A stretch of DNA of 64,000 nt. Source: a bacterium. Its GTDB lineage: Bacteria > Hydrothermota > UBA3073 > JACQXS01 > JAQTXJ01. The stretch is from contig JAQUPX010000001.1 in NCBI GenBank assembly GCA_028716385.1, positions 282,775-346,774 on the forward strand, in the 5' to 3' direction. The position numbers and the translations under genes are program-made. Shown piece by piece: positions 27,991 through 37,723 of the stretch. How positions within the stretch are numbered: position 1 is the first letter of the stretch; each line of letters begins with the position of its first letter. The notes beneath the pieces were generated by a model, which saw only the letters and a list, made by a program, of their open reading frames with translations, had not been told where the DNA came from and did no database searches.

Positions 27991-28073
27991 CAATCACTTT
28001 AAATGTATGTCAAGAGAATTGCAAGAAAAAATCCTAGTAAAATATTAGGATTTCTAGTAAAATATTAGTATCC
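27991..28073 (-). promoter_or_regulatory. promoter/operator module with tandem direct repeats (CTAGTAAAATATTAG x2), -35-like TTGACA and a TTTAAAGT box
   Basis: Minus-strand reading: TTTTACTAGAAATCCTAATATTTTACTAGGATTTTTTCTTGCAATTCTCTTGACATACATTTAAAGTGATTGC, just upstream of the RBS of the small ORF; about 80 percent identical to 61715-61794. Confidence 0.45.
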
Positions 28074-28272
28074 CTTTCGCCCCCATTTTTCCCTGAAATA
28101 CCCATTGTCCCCCATCTTTCAGAGAAATTTCTGCTAACCGGTTCTAAACTTTAAAAAATACTTATTTCCCTTTACAAATCGAATTTTTCCACCCCATAAA
28201 ATCTATTTCGCCGGCGGCGGAAATACTAAAACGTTTGAAAAATTTATACGGGAACAGAAAAAACCGCAGAAC

Positions 28273-29046
28273 CTAAAACGCTTTTTGTCCCAGAATAGTC
28301 ATATTGAAAGAATTAGTATTGAATTTGTTTTCTTCAAGATTAGGATTGACCGAATCGCCATAGACTGCCTTAATGCTGATGTTGACTTCGCGAAACATTT
28401 TTTCTATGTCCCCATAAGAATAAACTTTAATTTTTTGTTTGGGGTATTCGTATGAATTATTCCCTTCAATAACTGTCGTGTTGACGGTAAAAATACTTTG
28501 CAAAACATCAAAAGCGTTCTCTACTATAAAAGTTTTTTCCCCGATTTTATACCTGTCTTTTTTTAGCAGCTTCGGAATATATTGCAAGTTAAATAAATCC
28601 AGAAGTAAATGTCCCTGCGGTTTTAACAAACCCGATATGAGATTTAGCGCCTTCATATTTTCTTTGTCCGACAAAAGACCGAAACTGATGTCCATCATAT
28701 AGACAGCATCAAACCTACACTTGAAACAAGGCGAAAGCATATCCCCGCAAACAAAAGAAGCGCTTAACTTCTTTCTCCCTGCCTCTGCCATTCCGGATTT
28801 TAAAAGCACAAAAGAGTAATCCATCCCTACGACGTTTTCGTATTTCCTTTTCGCAAATTCTATAATATGTCTTCCGTCCCCACATCCTAAATCCAACACC
28901 GCCGTTTCTTTACGTATATTCAAAACTTTTTCAAGGAAGTCCGTCTGGGCAACTGTCACGGCAAGGGATTCTCTCCACCCGTTTTCATACCTGAGCGCGT
29001 AAAGCTCCTTCCACCATTCCTTTGAATATCCTTTTTTCATTGTCAT
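28273..29046 (-). CDS. class I SAM-dependent methyltransferase
   Basis: Motif I VLDLGCGDGRH and downstream acidic/hydrophobic motifs; track ORF extends to 29199 but the likely start is MTMKKGYSK at 29046. Confidence 0.7.
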   Translation of the reverse strand: MTMKKGYSKEWWKELYALRYENGWRESLAVTVAQTDFLEKVLNIRKETAVLDLGCGDGRHIIEFAKRKYENVVGMDYSFVLLKSGMAEAGRKKLSASFVCGDMLSPCFKCRFDAVYMMDISFGLLSDKENMKALNLISGLLKPQGHLLLDLFNLQYIPKLLKKDRYKIGEKTFIVENAFDVLQSIFTVNTTVIEGNNSYEYPKQKIKVYSYGDIEKMFREVNISIKAVYGDSVNPNLEENKFNTNSFNMTILGQKAF

Positions 29047-29278
29047 CTTAAAACCCCAACCTAACTCACTTTCATCGGTTGAAGCGGTCCCCCAAAGCAC
29101 TACATTAACATACAAATAACACAATTTAAAGTTGTGTCTACAATTACTTTTTTCGGCACGCAAGATGTCCCATTTAAAATCCTGACTGCCGTCAGGCAAG
29201 TTATCGGACTATGCCCATTCTGCTTTCCTTTTTTAAAAATATTGTAGGGACAGCCTCCCCAAAAAAAATGCTTATTCC

Positions 29279-29306
29279 TTGACAAACTTTTTTAACAAAA
29301 TAAAAT
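29279..29306 (+). promoter_or_regulatory. sigma70-like promoter candidate (TTGACA-N16-TAAAAT)
   Basis: TTGACA at 29279-29284 and TAAAAT at 29301-29306, immediately upstream of ATG 29316. Confidence 0.3.
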
Positions 29307-29315
29307 AAGGGTAAG

Positions 29316-30824
29316 ATGTTAAACATTTTTCTTATCTGTCTTCTCAACCTCCCCGGCGAATGGCTCAAATTCCATCACGACCTCCAAAACACAGGTTTCC
29401 AATCTGAACTCAAAGGATGCTTAACTCCTGACTCCGTCAGAATCAAATGGGAAACTCCTAATTTGGGATTCGCCAAATTCACAATTGTAGATATAAATAA
29501 TGACGGCATTCCTGAAATAATTGCCGGTAATTACTATGACTATTCAATATATAATTTCAAAGGGGAAGACGGTTCGGTAATATGGAGTTACGAAACAGGA
29601 AGCAAAGTGTCCTCTACTCCTGCGATTGCAGATTTGGATAACGATACTAAACTTGAGATACTTGTTGGCTCAAGGGATTATAATTTATACGCTCTCAAGG
29701 GTGAAAATGGGACACTGCTCTGGAATTATACAACAGGAGGTTCTGTGTATTCTTCGCCAACGATTGCGGATTTAAATAACGACAGTAAACTTGAGGTAGT
29801 TGTTGGCTCTGGCGATTTTACACTATATACGCTCAACGGAGAAGATGGTTCTCTACTCTGGAGTTATACAACAGGAGGGAGTATAATATCTTCACCTGCA
29901 ATTGCGGATTTGGATAACAACGCTAAACTTGAGGTAGTTGTTGGGTCCGATGATTCTACGCTGTATGGCCTAAATGGAGAAAATGGCTCACTACTCTGGA
30001 GCTATAAAACAGGAAATTGCATAGAGTCTTCGCCGGCAATTGGGGATTTGGATAACGACACTAAACCTGAAGTAGTTTTTGGCTCTGTGGATTCGACGTT
30101 GTATGCTCTCAATGGCGAAGATGGCTTACTACTCTGGAGTTATACAACAGGAGGTTCCGTATACTCTTCGCCGGCAATTGGGGATTTGAATAACGACAGT
30201 AAACTTGAGGTAGTTGTTGGATCATTTGACCATAAACTGTATGCTCTCAATGGAGAAGATGGCTCATTGCTCTGGAGTTATGGAACAGAGAATTGGATAT
30301 ACTCCTCGCCAGCAATTGGGGATTTGGATGGTGATGGGAAACTTGAGATAGTATTTGCCTCTTGTGATACAATAACAACAGTATACGGACTCAACGACGA
30401 TGGCACTCTTCTATGGACATTTAACATTTATTCTGCTGGAGACAGCGACCCTTCAATCGGAGATGTAGACGGTGACGGACAACTAGAAGTAGTAATCGGG
30501 GGAACGGGTTATTTAAAAGTTCTGGATGGAGGATGCATAGCCGGCGTTCAGGAAAAAATTGATTCTAAAGAAACCCCTAAACTCCATACACAAATCTTCG
30601 GGCGCAAATTACTTTTCAGATACTCCATACCAAAGAAATCCGACGTCTGTTTACGAATATATAACACTGCAGGCGAATTAGTTAAGACTCTTTTAAACAC
30701 AAATAAAGCCCCCGGTGAATATACATTAGAATGGACGCCGACAGGTTTTGCCTCAGGCATCTACCTTGCAAGACTATCCGCTTGCGGAGCAAACTGCACG
30801 TCAAAAATAGTAGTCGTGAAGTAG
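29316..30824 (+). CDS. propeller-repeat (PQQ-like / FG-GAP-like) protein with T9SS C-terminal tail; inverted paralog of 17109-18596
   Basis: 502 aa; same repeat architecture and near-identical first ~60 and last ~100 residues as 17109-18596. Confidence 0.65.
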   Translation: MLNIFLICLLNLPGEWLKFHHDLQNTGFQSELKGCLTPDSVRIKWETPNLGFAKFTIVDINNDGIPEIIAGNYYDYSIYNFKGEDGSVIWSYETGSKVSSTPAIADLDNDTKLEILVGSRDYNLYALKGENGTLLWNYTTGGSVYSSPTIADLNNDSKLEVVVGSGDFTLYTLNGEDGSLLWSYTTGGSIISSPAIADLDNNAKLEVVVGSDDSTLYGLNGENGSLLWSYKTGNCIESSPAIGDLDNDTKPEVVFGSVDSTLYALNGEDGLLLWSYTTGGSVYSSPAIGDLNNDSKLEVVVGSFDHKLYALNGEDGSLLWSYGTENWIYSSPAIGDLDGDGKLEIVFASCDTITTVYGLNDDGTLLWTFNIYSAGDSDPSIGDVDGDGQLEVVIGGTGYLKVLDGGCIAGVQEKIDSKETPKLHTQIFGRKLLFRYSIPKKSDVCLRIYNTAGELVKTLLNTNKAPGEYTLEWTPTGFASGIYLARLSACGANCTSKIVVVK

Positions 30825-31119
30825 TATCCAATCGCGCATCTAGCGGGATTAGCCTAACTAAACGTGCTCTCCCATCTACCCTGTGTTTTGTTTTCAATCC
30901 TGTTCATCTGCGTCCAAATATTTTTTGTTTTTCCTTACTTAACTAACTATACTCACTTACCTAACTCAACTATTTTAGTATCACCATCTTCTTCGTCTCC
31001 TTAACATTCCCAGCCGTTACCCTCACAAAATATAGCAGACTCTTGCGTTCAACAAAGTGGAACGCTTAGAGGTCGCTATCCGGCTCTGCTACAACCTCTT
31101 TCTCTCTCGCATAGGCTTT

Positions 31120-31548
31120 TTATGGTAAAAGCGCAGGGTCTGTGTACCACCAAATTTTATTTATTTTAATTTCAATTTTTAATGTGTCACTGGAAGAGGT
31201 ATTTACGACTACAAGCATAACGGTATCGGGATCATCTGCTTTCCAACCCCAGTCAACATTATAAAGAGTGTCTTTCGTAATCTCTTTGTAACTGCTGTCT
31301 TTGTATTCACTGAGAGATATGCGCCCGACAGAAGGCCCGGATTCGTGAGTCGTTTTAACGTATAAAGTATCTCCTTCACCCCAACAATGTCTCCATATAA
31401 TAGAATCATTCTGAGAAATCGTCCATACTGTATCAACCCAACAATCATTGTACCTATAAGGTTTTTTCTTAGGGGCATTGCAGGCAAGGGTAAAAACTAT
31501 AAAACACATACTACAAATGGAAAGAATAAAAAAATAATTCTTTTTCAT
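31120..31548 (-). CDS. putative lipoprotein
   Basis: 142 aa; MKKNYFFILSICSMCFIVFTLACNAPKK signal/lipobox-like; AAGGAGGGGGA upstream. Confidence 0.5.
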   Translation of the reverse strand: MKKNYFFILSICSMCFIVFTLACNAPKKKPYRYNDCWVDTVWTISQNDSIIWRHCWGEGDTLYVKTTHESGPSVGRISLSEYKDSSYKEITKDTLYNVDWGWKADDPDTVMLVVVNTSSSDTLKIEIKINKIWWYTDPALLP

Positions 31549-31697
31549 ATCCCCCTCCTTTTTTACCCGGCTCAGCTACAAACTCTTGGATACAATCCTT
31601 AGAGTTTGTTGTCCAGCTCAGCTGTGGCCGTGGCTTTTTTTATTTTGCTTTCTGTTTTGTCATTGTCATCCCGCACTTGATGCGGGATCCATTGTTT

Positions 31698-33131
31698 TCA
31701 CTTTATTAGTACCATTTTCTTTGTCTCTTTAAAATTATTAGTTGTCACCCTCACAAAATATACCCCACTCTTTTTTATATTCGGCGTAAACACATAATCC
31801 CCTTTGCTTAATGCTCCATTGTAAATAACCTCTTTCGTTCTCCCGCACAAATCGTAAATTTTCAATTCCGCATTTATACTCTTTGGCACGCTCAAATAAA
31901 TCTTATCTTTTATTATTTCCATTTTTGATATTTGATTTTTGATTTTTGATTTCTCCTCTATCCCTACCTTAACATATTTTAATGCAAGCGAATAGTTCCA
32001 TCCTGCCGAAATTGCAGTAACGCCTGTCAGGAGGCTTGTCTGGACAGGCTGATTACGCTGGGTGCCGGTAGAATCTCCAAGCTGTCCATAACCGTTCTGC
32101 CCCCAAGCCCATACGGTACTGTCGGATTTTATTAATGCGAGTGAATGTTCCCCTCCTGCTGAGATTGCAACGGCATTGGTCAGATTAAGTGTCTGCAAGG
32201 GCACGGAATGAGGATTATAATCACTACTTCCGATACCAAGCTCCCCATAGCCGTTATATCCCCAAGCCCATACGGTTCCGTCAGGCTTTAATGCGAGTGA
32301 ATGCGCGCCCCCTGCTGAGATTGCAATAACACCGGTCAGGAGTTTTACCTTGACAGGCTGATTATTCTGGGTGGTGGTAGAATCTCCAAGCTGTCCGTAG
32401 TAGTTATATCCCCAAGCCCAGACTGTACTGTCAGACTTTAACGCAAGTGAATGGTGACCTCCCGCTGAAATTGCAACGACATTCGTCAAAAGATTTGTCT
32501 GGACAGGTACGAAATGAGTATTGTAATCGCTACTTCCGATACCAAGCTGTCCGGAGCCGTTATATCCCCATGCCCAGACGGTTCCGTCAGATTTTAACGC
32601 AAGTGAATGCGAACCTCCCGCAGAAATTGCAATAACATTCGTAAGAAGTTTTGTTTGCACAGGATAACGGCGATAGGCAGTAACAGTAGAATCTCCAAGC
32701 ACTCCGGAACCATTACTTCCCCAAGCCCAGACAATGCTGTCAGATTTTAAAGCAAGTGAATGCGAACCTCCCGCAGAAATTGCAACAACATTAGTCAAGA
32801 ACTTTGTCCGGACAGGATTATATCTATAATAAAAAGTAGTAGAATCTCCAAGCTGTCCGTAGGCATTATATCCCCACGCCCAGACAGTGCTGTCATAGTT
32901 TATGGCAAGCGAAAAGTCATATCCTCCTCCGCCTTTTCCTGCACAGATTGCAAGAACATTAGTCAAGATTTTTGTCCGGACGGGTTGATTCCGTTGCCAA
33001 GTATTAGTAGAATCTCCAAGCTGTCCCCAGTCATTACTTCCCCATGCCCATACATTTTCATCGGCTTTTGCGACACCTGCGCTTCCTGCTATCAACAGGC
33101 TTACGACCCACATAAAACTTTGTTTCTTCAT
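31698..33131 (-). CDS. RCC1-repeat propeller protein with T9SS C-terminal tail
   Basis: 477 aa; seven-plus repeats of VWAWGxNxYGQLGDST...GGxHSLALKSDxTV; C-terminal sorting tail. Confidence 0.7.
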   Translation of the reverse strand: MKKQSFMWVVSLLIAGSAGVAKADENVWAWGSNDWGQLGDSTNTWQRNQPVRTKILTNVLAICAGKGGGGYDFSLAINYDSTVWAWGYNAYGQLGDSTTFYYRYNPVRTKFLTNVVAISAGGSHSLALKSDSIVWAWGSNGSGVLGDSTVTAYRRYPVQTKLLTNVIAISAGGSHSLALKSDGTVWAWGYNGSGQLGIGSSDYNTHFVPVQTNLLTNVVAISAGGHHSLALKSDSTVWAWGYNYYGQLGDSTTTQNNQPVKVKLLTGVIAISAGGAHSLALKPDGTVWAWGYNGYGELGIGSSDYNPHSVPLQTLNLTNAVAISAGGEHSLALIKSDSTVWAWGQNGYGQLGDSTGTQRNQPVQTSLLTGVTAISAGWNYSLALKYVKVGIEEKSKIKNQISKMEIIKDKIYLSVPKSINAELKIYDLCGRTKEVIYNGALSKGDYVFTPNIKKSGVYFVRVTTNNFKETKKMVLIK

Positions 33132-33345
33132 CTTTCCCCCTTAGAAACTCTTATTTTTTTATGTTTAGAGTTTCTTATCAGTGTTTCTGCATTAGTTGGA
33201 CTTTCCCGCTCCGCCTGAGGCGGACGGATTAGACCAACTTATCAGTGTTCCTGGCTTTATCAAATTCCCGGCAAATCCGGGTTTTTTTTATTTTGCTTTC
33301 TGTTCTGTCATTGTCATCCCGCACTTGATGCGGGATCCATTGTTT

Positions 33346-34407
33346 TCATTTTATTAGTACCAGTTTCTTTGTCTCTTTAAAATTATTAGTTGTCACCCTC
33401 ACAAAATACACCCCATTCTTTTTCACATTCGGAGTAAACACATAATCCCCTTTGCTTAATGCGCCATTGTAAATAACCTCTTTCGTTCTCCCACACAAAT
33501 CGTAAATTTTCAATTCCGCATTTATACTTTTAGGCACATCCAAATAAATCTTATTTTTTCTTATCTGTAAATCCGCATTCCCCAATCCCTGCCTACCGGT
33601 CAGGCAGGCAAAATCCAAAATCGATGGGTCTTCTATCCCTGCACCGGCATCATAAACTGCTATTGTTGCCCTGCCGCTATCATCCCATGCTATTGCTTCG
33701 CTGGGCGACGAAGCGGAAATCTCTCCCCCGGCTCTAAAGTATACATTTGAAATACCTGAGAAAACGTAATGAGACGCAAGATTTGTGAAGTATAAATCAA
33801 GAGGATAGAGAGTGGAAAGCCCTACGTTCATATTAAATGCATTAGCCACGGGAGCTATGTTCTGATTAGGACAATATGCATTTTCAGACATTATTAAAAT
33901 TCCACCTGTTTTTAAGAGCCAGTTGAATGCATTTAAAGCGAAAGCTTTGTTATCTGCAGAATCAATATACTCACTGTCACAGAAATTACAGTCCCCGACT
34001 AACAATACGCGCCCGTTTTTTCTTTTAATATATTGAGCAAGAGAATCTACTTCAGAGGGTTGATAAAAACTATCCCAGGCACATGCGGAATTAATTACTA
34101 TAACATCGTAACCCGATAGATTCATAAAACCTATACCTGTGTCAACGACATCTATGCAATAATCATTAGAATCTAAAAGAGCAGTTAATCTGCTATACCC
34201 TCCGGAAGGAAGGTAGTAGTTACTGTATATTCCGTGCGTAGTATCCCACAGAACTGAGTATGTTGCCGTTTTCCCCTTTTTTTGTAATGATGGTTTTTGG
34301 GATTCATTCGTAGTATTAATTATTCTTCCTGTAGTAGCATCGTACTGAGCATAAGTCAGGTTACAAAATACAATTATTCCTGCAAAGACAAGCCGAATTT
34401 TTCTCAT
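33346..34407 (-). CDS. secreted hypothetical protein with T9SS C-terminal tail, duplicate A
   Basis: 353 aa; signal-like N-terminus; first ~270 codons about 98 percent identical at nucleotide level to 37724-38797. Confidence 0.55.
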   Translation of the reverse strand: MRKIRLVFAGIIVFCNLTYAQYDATTGRIINTTNESQKPSLQKKGKTATYSVLWDTTHGIYSNYYLPSGGYSRLTALLDSNDYCIDVVDTGIGFMNLSGYDVIVINSACAWDSFYQPSEVDSLAQYIKRKNGRVLLVGDCNFCDSEYIDSADNKAFALNAFNWLLKTGGILIMSENAYCPNQNIAPVANAFNMNVGLSTLYPLDLYFTNLASHYVFSGISNVYFRAGGEISASSPSEAIAWDDSGRATIAVYDAGAGIEDPSILDFACLTGRQGLGNADLQIRKNKIYLDVPKSINAELKIYDLCGRTKEVIYNGALSKGDYVFTPNVKKNGVYFVRVTTNNFKETKKLVLIK

Positions 34408-34414
34408 AACTTTA

Positions 34415-36040
34415 TTATCTCATTAGAATCAATTTCTTTGTTTCTCTGTAATTATCCGTTTTTAACTTCACAAAATAAATCCCTGTTTTTAGGTCTTTTG
34501 AGTTATTATCGGTACCATCCCAGGTGACAGTGGTCATTGGGGAATTAGGTAATTGAGTTATTGGGAAACTCTTTACTAATTTGCCGGCAATGTCGTAAAG
34601 TTTCAAGGAACAGTCCCGACTGTTCCCTACGGAGAAGGAAATGACTGTTGATTTTGAGAATGGATTTTTGTTTACCCTAAGCGTAGTCGAAGGGGGAGTG
34701 ATGTTTACTTTTTCCTGTATGCCCATTTTTTCGTTAGTTTTATAATGATACCCCATATCTACATATTTTTTATCAAAGACCGAGTCAGTTCTTGTTGTGT
34801 AAAGATGGAACCCCAAATCTTCTGCAAGCGTGTCTCCTGCCTCTACGCAAGGGCTTTCGACTGCTTGTCCTGCCGCTATCTGACTAAGGAAAAACGAATC
34901 TGCGCCCGATATTGCAAACATTGGGGGGCGGGAAATATTATAAAAACTATCACAAGGAATTCCGTTGCGATTTACACCCCAAGTCGTATCTCCGACTCCC
35001 GGACAAAAAACAAAATTTCCGGCCGAATTACCCCAAACGTTATTAAAAGCAATAAGAGAAGGAGTGATTTGACCACAATTATAACAATCTATCCCATATC
35101 CCGAACAACTAACAATAATATTATTAAGAATTACTGCGGGAGAAGGTGACTGACTGAGCCAGACCTGAGTAGGAGGAGCAGAACCGGAAGACCACGTCGT
35201 ATTATTTGAAATAGTATTATTTATAACGAAACTATTAGAGCGACATATATCAATTGCATAAGCGCGTTGAGATATGTTTCTACATATAAGATTGTTTTTT
35301 ATGGTATCAGACGAGGAGACACATCTTATTCCTCCGCCATCGAACCAAACTGAATTGTTTTTTATAATATTCCCAAATATTATAGAGCCTGTATTGGAGT
35401 CAAGATAAATGCCTCCGCCATATCCTCCTCCAATGGGTGTCACTGAGAAAAGCCCGCCATTTCCAACTATTTGATTATACATTATTTTAGCTCCATTAGA
35501 ATGACCACAATAAATAGCTGACCCTAAATGCCCTTTATTGCCTGATAAAACATTAAAGGTGATTTTAGTTGCCCCGCCCAAACAGCAAATTCCACCGCCG
35601 TTAGAGGAAATGGACCCATTTACAAAATTATTAAGTATCTTGTTATTGGTAATGGTAAGATAAGAATTATAACAATATATACCGCCTCCAACACTATCAG
35701 TAACATATCCCCATTGGATTGTAAAACCGGAAATTATTGTGTTGGAATCAAGAGTATTGCAGTTAAAAATCCTATTAGTACTATCCGCATCAACTATCGT
35801 AGAATCCGCACCTTTCTCGCTCATCAAAATTACCCCATTTTCCATATTTATCGGGAAAGTTTCTCCGGATGCCGTGTCGTAAATTCCCGGGGCTACGAGA
35901 ACAGTATCGCCATATTTAGCCGAATCTTCAACTGCATGTTTTATTGTTGAAATATATGATGGAACATACCATATTTTTGCCTGCAAAGAGTTAACCACAA
36001 ATAATAAGGTTGTAACAACAAAACAATTTACTCTTTTCAT
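34415..36040 (-). CDS. right-handed parallel beta-helix repeat protein with T9SS C-terminal tail
   Basis: 541 aa; repeated GGGIYxxNSxxTIxNNxIxNN units typical of pectate-lyase-fold repeats; C-terminal sorting tail. Confidence 0.65.
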   Translation of the reverse strand: MKRVNCFVVTTLLFVVNSLQAKIWYVPSYISTIKHAVEDSAKYGDTVLVAPGIYDTASGETFPINMENGVILMSEKGADSTIVDADSTNRIFNCNTLDSNTIISGFTIQWGYVTDSVGGGIYCYNSYLTITNNKILNNFVNGSISSNGGGICCLGGATKITFNVLSGNKGHLGSAIYCGHSNGAKIMYNQIVGNGGLFSVTPIGGGYGGGIYLDSNTGSIIFGNIIKNNSVWFDGGGIRCVSSSDTIKNNLICRNISQRAYAIDICRSNSFVINNTISNNTTWSSGSAPPTQVWLSQSPSPAVILNNIIVSCSGYGIDCYNCGQITPSLIAFNNVWGNSAGNFVFCPGVGDTTWGVNRNGIPCDSFYNISRPPMFAISGADSFFLSQIAAGQAVESPCVEAGDTLAEDLGFHLYTTRTDSVFDKKYVDMGYHYKTNEKMGIQEKVNITPPSTTLRVNKNPFSKSTVISFSVGNSRDCSLKLYDIAGKLVKSFPITQLPNSPMTTVTWDGTDNNSKDLKTGIYFVKLKTDNYRETKKLILMR

Positions 36041-36048
36041 TTTATTTC

Positions 36049-37638
36049 CTATTTCATTAAAATCAGTTTCTTCGTTTCTTTTATATTTCCTGCTGTTAGC
36101 CTCACAAAATACACTCCGCTCTTTTTTATGTTCGGCGTAAATGTATAATTGCCTTTGGTTAATGTACCTGAATAAACAGTGCTTTGAAGTCTACCACATA
36201 AATCGTAAATAGTTATTAGGGCATTAGGACAATAGTTATTAGGAACAGAAAGATAAATCTTTCCTTTTATAATTTTCAATTCCAAATTCCGAAATCCAAA
36301 ATCCAAATTCTTTTTATCCGCCTTCTCTTCAACTCCTATCTGTGTTCCATAATGGTATCCCAAATCAACCCATCCGGTATCAGGCTTTCCGTCAGTGGTA
36401 TTGCCACCCAGAAAGAGAAACTCATTATTAACAATATAATCCCCGCACCCTGAAACATTTTGCTGGTAATAATTTCCTAACGTCCCGCTCGTAAATCCCG
36501 GGTCAATGTTTATGTTATAAAAGCTATCGCAGGCATTTCCGTTCCTGTTAGTGCCCCAGGAGAAATTGCCAACTCCCTGCGGAGCATTATGAAAATTATC
36601 GGGATTATTGAGATAAAAACCGTTATATCCGATAAAAACTTTAGCCAGACTGTCGCAATATATTCCTCCTCCTGTTATTGCGCTGTCATAGGCAATTATG
36701 TTATTTTTTATAATTATAGAGTCCTGTCCCGAATCATTTCCCCAACAAAAAATACCGCCACCTCGTCCATCCCCATTATTAAACGGGTAATAATTATTAA
36801 CTATTGTATTGTTGATTATCTCTACCGGAGCAGAGCACTCAATTCCCATTCCAAAACCTTCTACATACCAGCCATTGCATGCATAATTGCTATCTATAAG
36901 ATTATTAAAAATAACGGCTTTTATGCAATTTACACACTCAATTCCGCCTCCATAAGGACTAGCTTCTATTGCATTATTTTTAGCTATAACATTATTCTTG
37001 ATAGTGATAATTGTAGCTTCTGCATATATTCCGCCCCCCCCGTATGCCTCATAGTATTTTGAGATATCCCCTTGAAGGTTATTTCCATCTTCTTTTACTA
37101 ACATACCGGCAGACTTTTTATTGTTTTTAAGATTGTCGGCCTCAGAGCTATTATACTTTATTATGTTATTCTCAATCAAAGCGGACCCTCCGTAAACAAA
37201 TATACCCCCACCCGCTGCAGGGAGATTATAAGCAGGATCTAACGTGTTATCCCGAATAATATTATTCCTTATAATTATATTTGAATTGTCGGAATATATT
37301 CCACCCCCATAAGAATGAAAACTACTGCCATCACTTATGGTAAAGCCATCAATTAGAACTGTATCGGTTAAACCAATGCATTTGATAACTGAGTACCCTC
37401 CGCTAATGATTGTGCTTTCCGGGCCTTCTTCGCTTTTGAGATGGATACCCCCCTTCATATTTATACTGTTTATACCGCCGGAGTAAGTCCCTTTTGAGAC
37501 AAGAACCACATCTCCCGACACGGCAGAATCAATTCCCGTTTGAATTGTAGAATAGTCAGCCGGGATACGAATTGTTTTTGCTTCAATATTACCCGTAATA
37601 AAGAATATCAAAGACACAAAAAATAAATATGTTCTCAT
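36049..37638 (-). CDS. right-handed parallel beta-helix repeat protein with T9SS C-terminal tail
   Basis: 529 aa; GGGIYSDNSNIIIRNNIIRDN and GGGIFCWGNDSGQDSIIIKNNII units; C-terminal sorting tail. Confidence 0.65.
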   Translation of the reverse strand: MRTYLFFVSLIFFITGNIEAKTIRIPADYSTIQTGIDSAVSGDVVLVSKGTYSGGINSINMKGGIHLKSEEGPESTIISGGYSVIKCIGLTDTVLIDGFTISDGSSFHSYGGGIYSDNSNIIIRNNIIRDNTLDPAYNLPAAGGGIFVYGGSALIENNIIKYNSSEADNLKNNKKSAGMLVKEDGNNLQGDISKYYEAYGGGGIYAEATIITIKNNVIAKNNAIEASPYGGGIECVNCIKAVIFNNLIDSNYACNGWYVEGFGMGIECSAPVEIINNTIVNNYYPFNNGDGRGGGIFCWGNDSGQDSIIIKNNIIAYDSAITGGGIYCDSLAKVFIGYNGFYLNNPDNFHNAPQGVGNFSWGTNRNGNACDSFYNINIDPGFTSGTLGNYYQQNVSGCGDYIVNNEFLFLGGNTTDGKPDTGWVDLGYHYGTQIGVEEKADKKNLDFGFRNLELKIIKGKIYLSVPNNYCPNALITIYDLCGRLQSTVYSGTLTKGNYTFTPNIKKSGVYFVRLTAGNIKETKKLILMK

Positions 37639-37723
37639 TTTTCCTCCCCTCCTCCGATATTTTTTCTGTTATTTGTTTTATTTGTCTTATTCGTCCTATA
37701 TGACTTATATGTCTTATCTTTTC

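Noticed and set aside
27797-28048. Plus-strand 83-aa ORF overlapping the candidate precursor
   Set aside because: No RBS, low-complexity translation, and it runs antisense to an operon that is otherwise entirely on the minus strand; the minus-strand 47-codon ORF has a strong RBS
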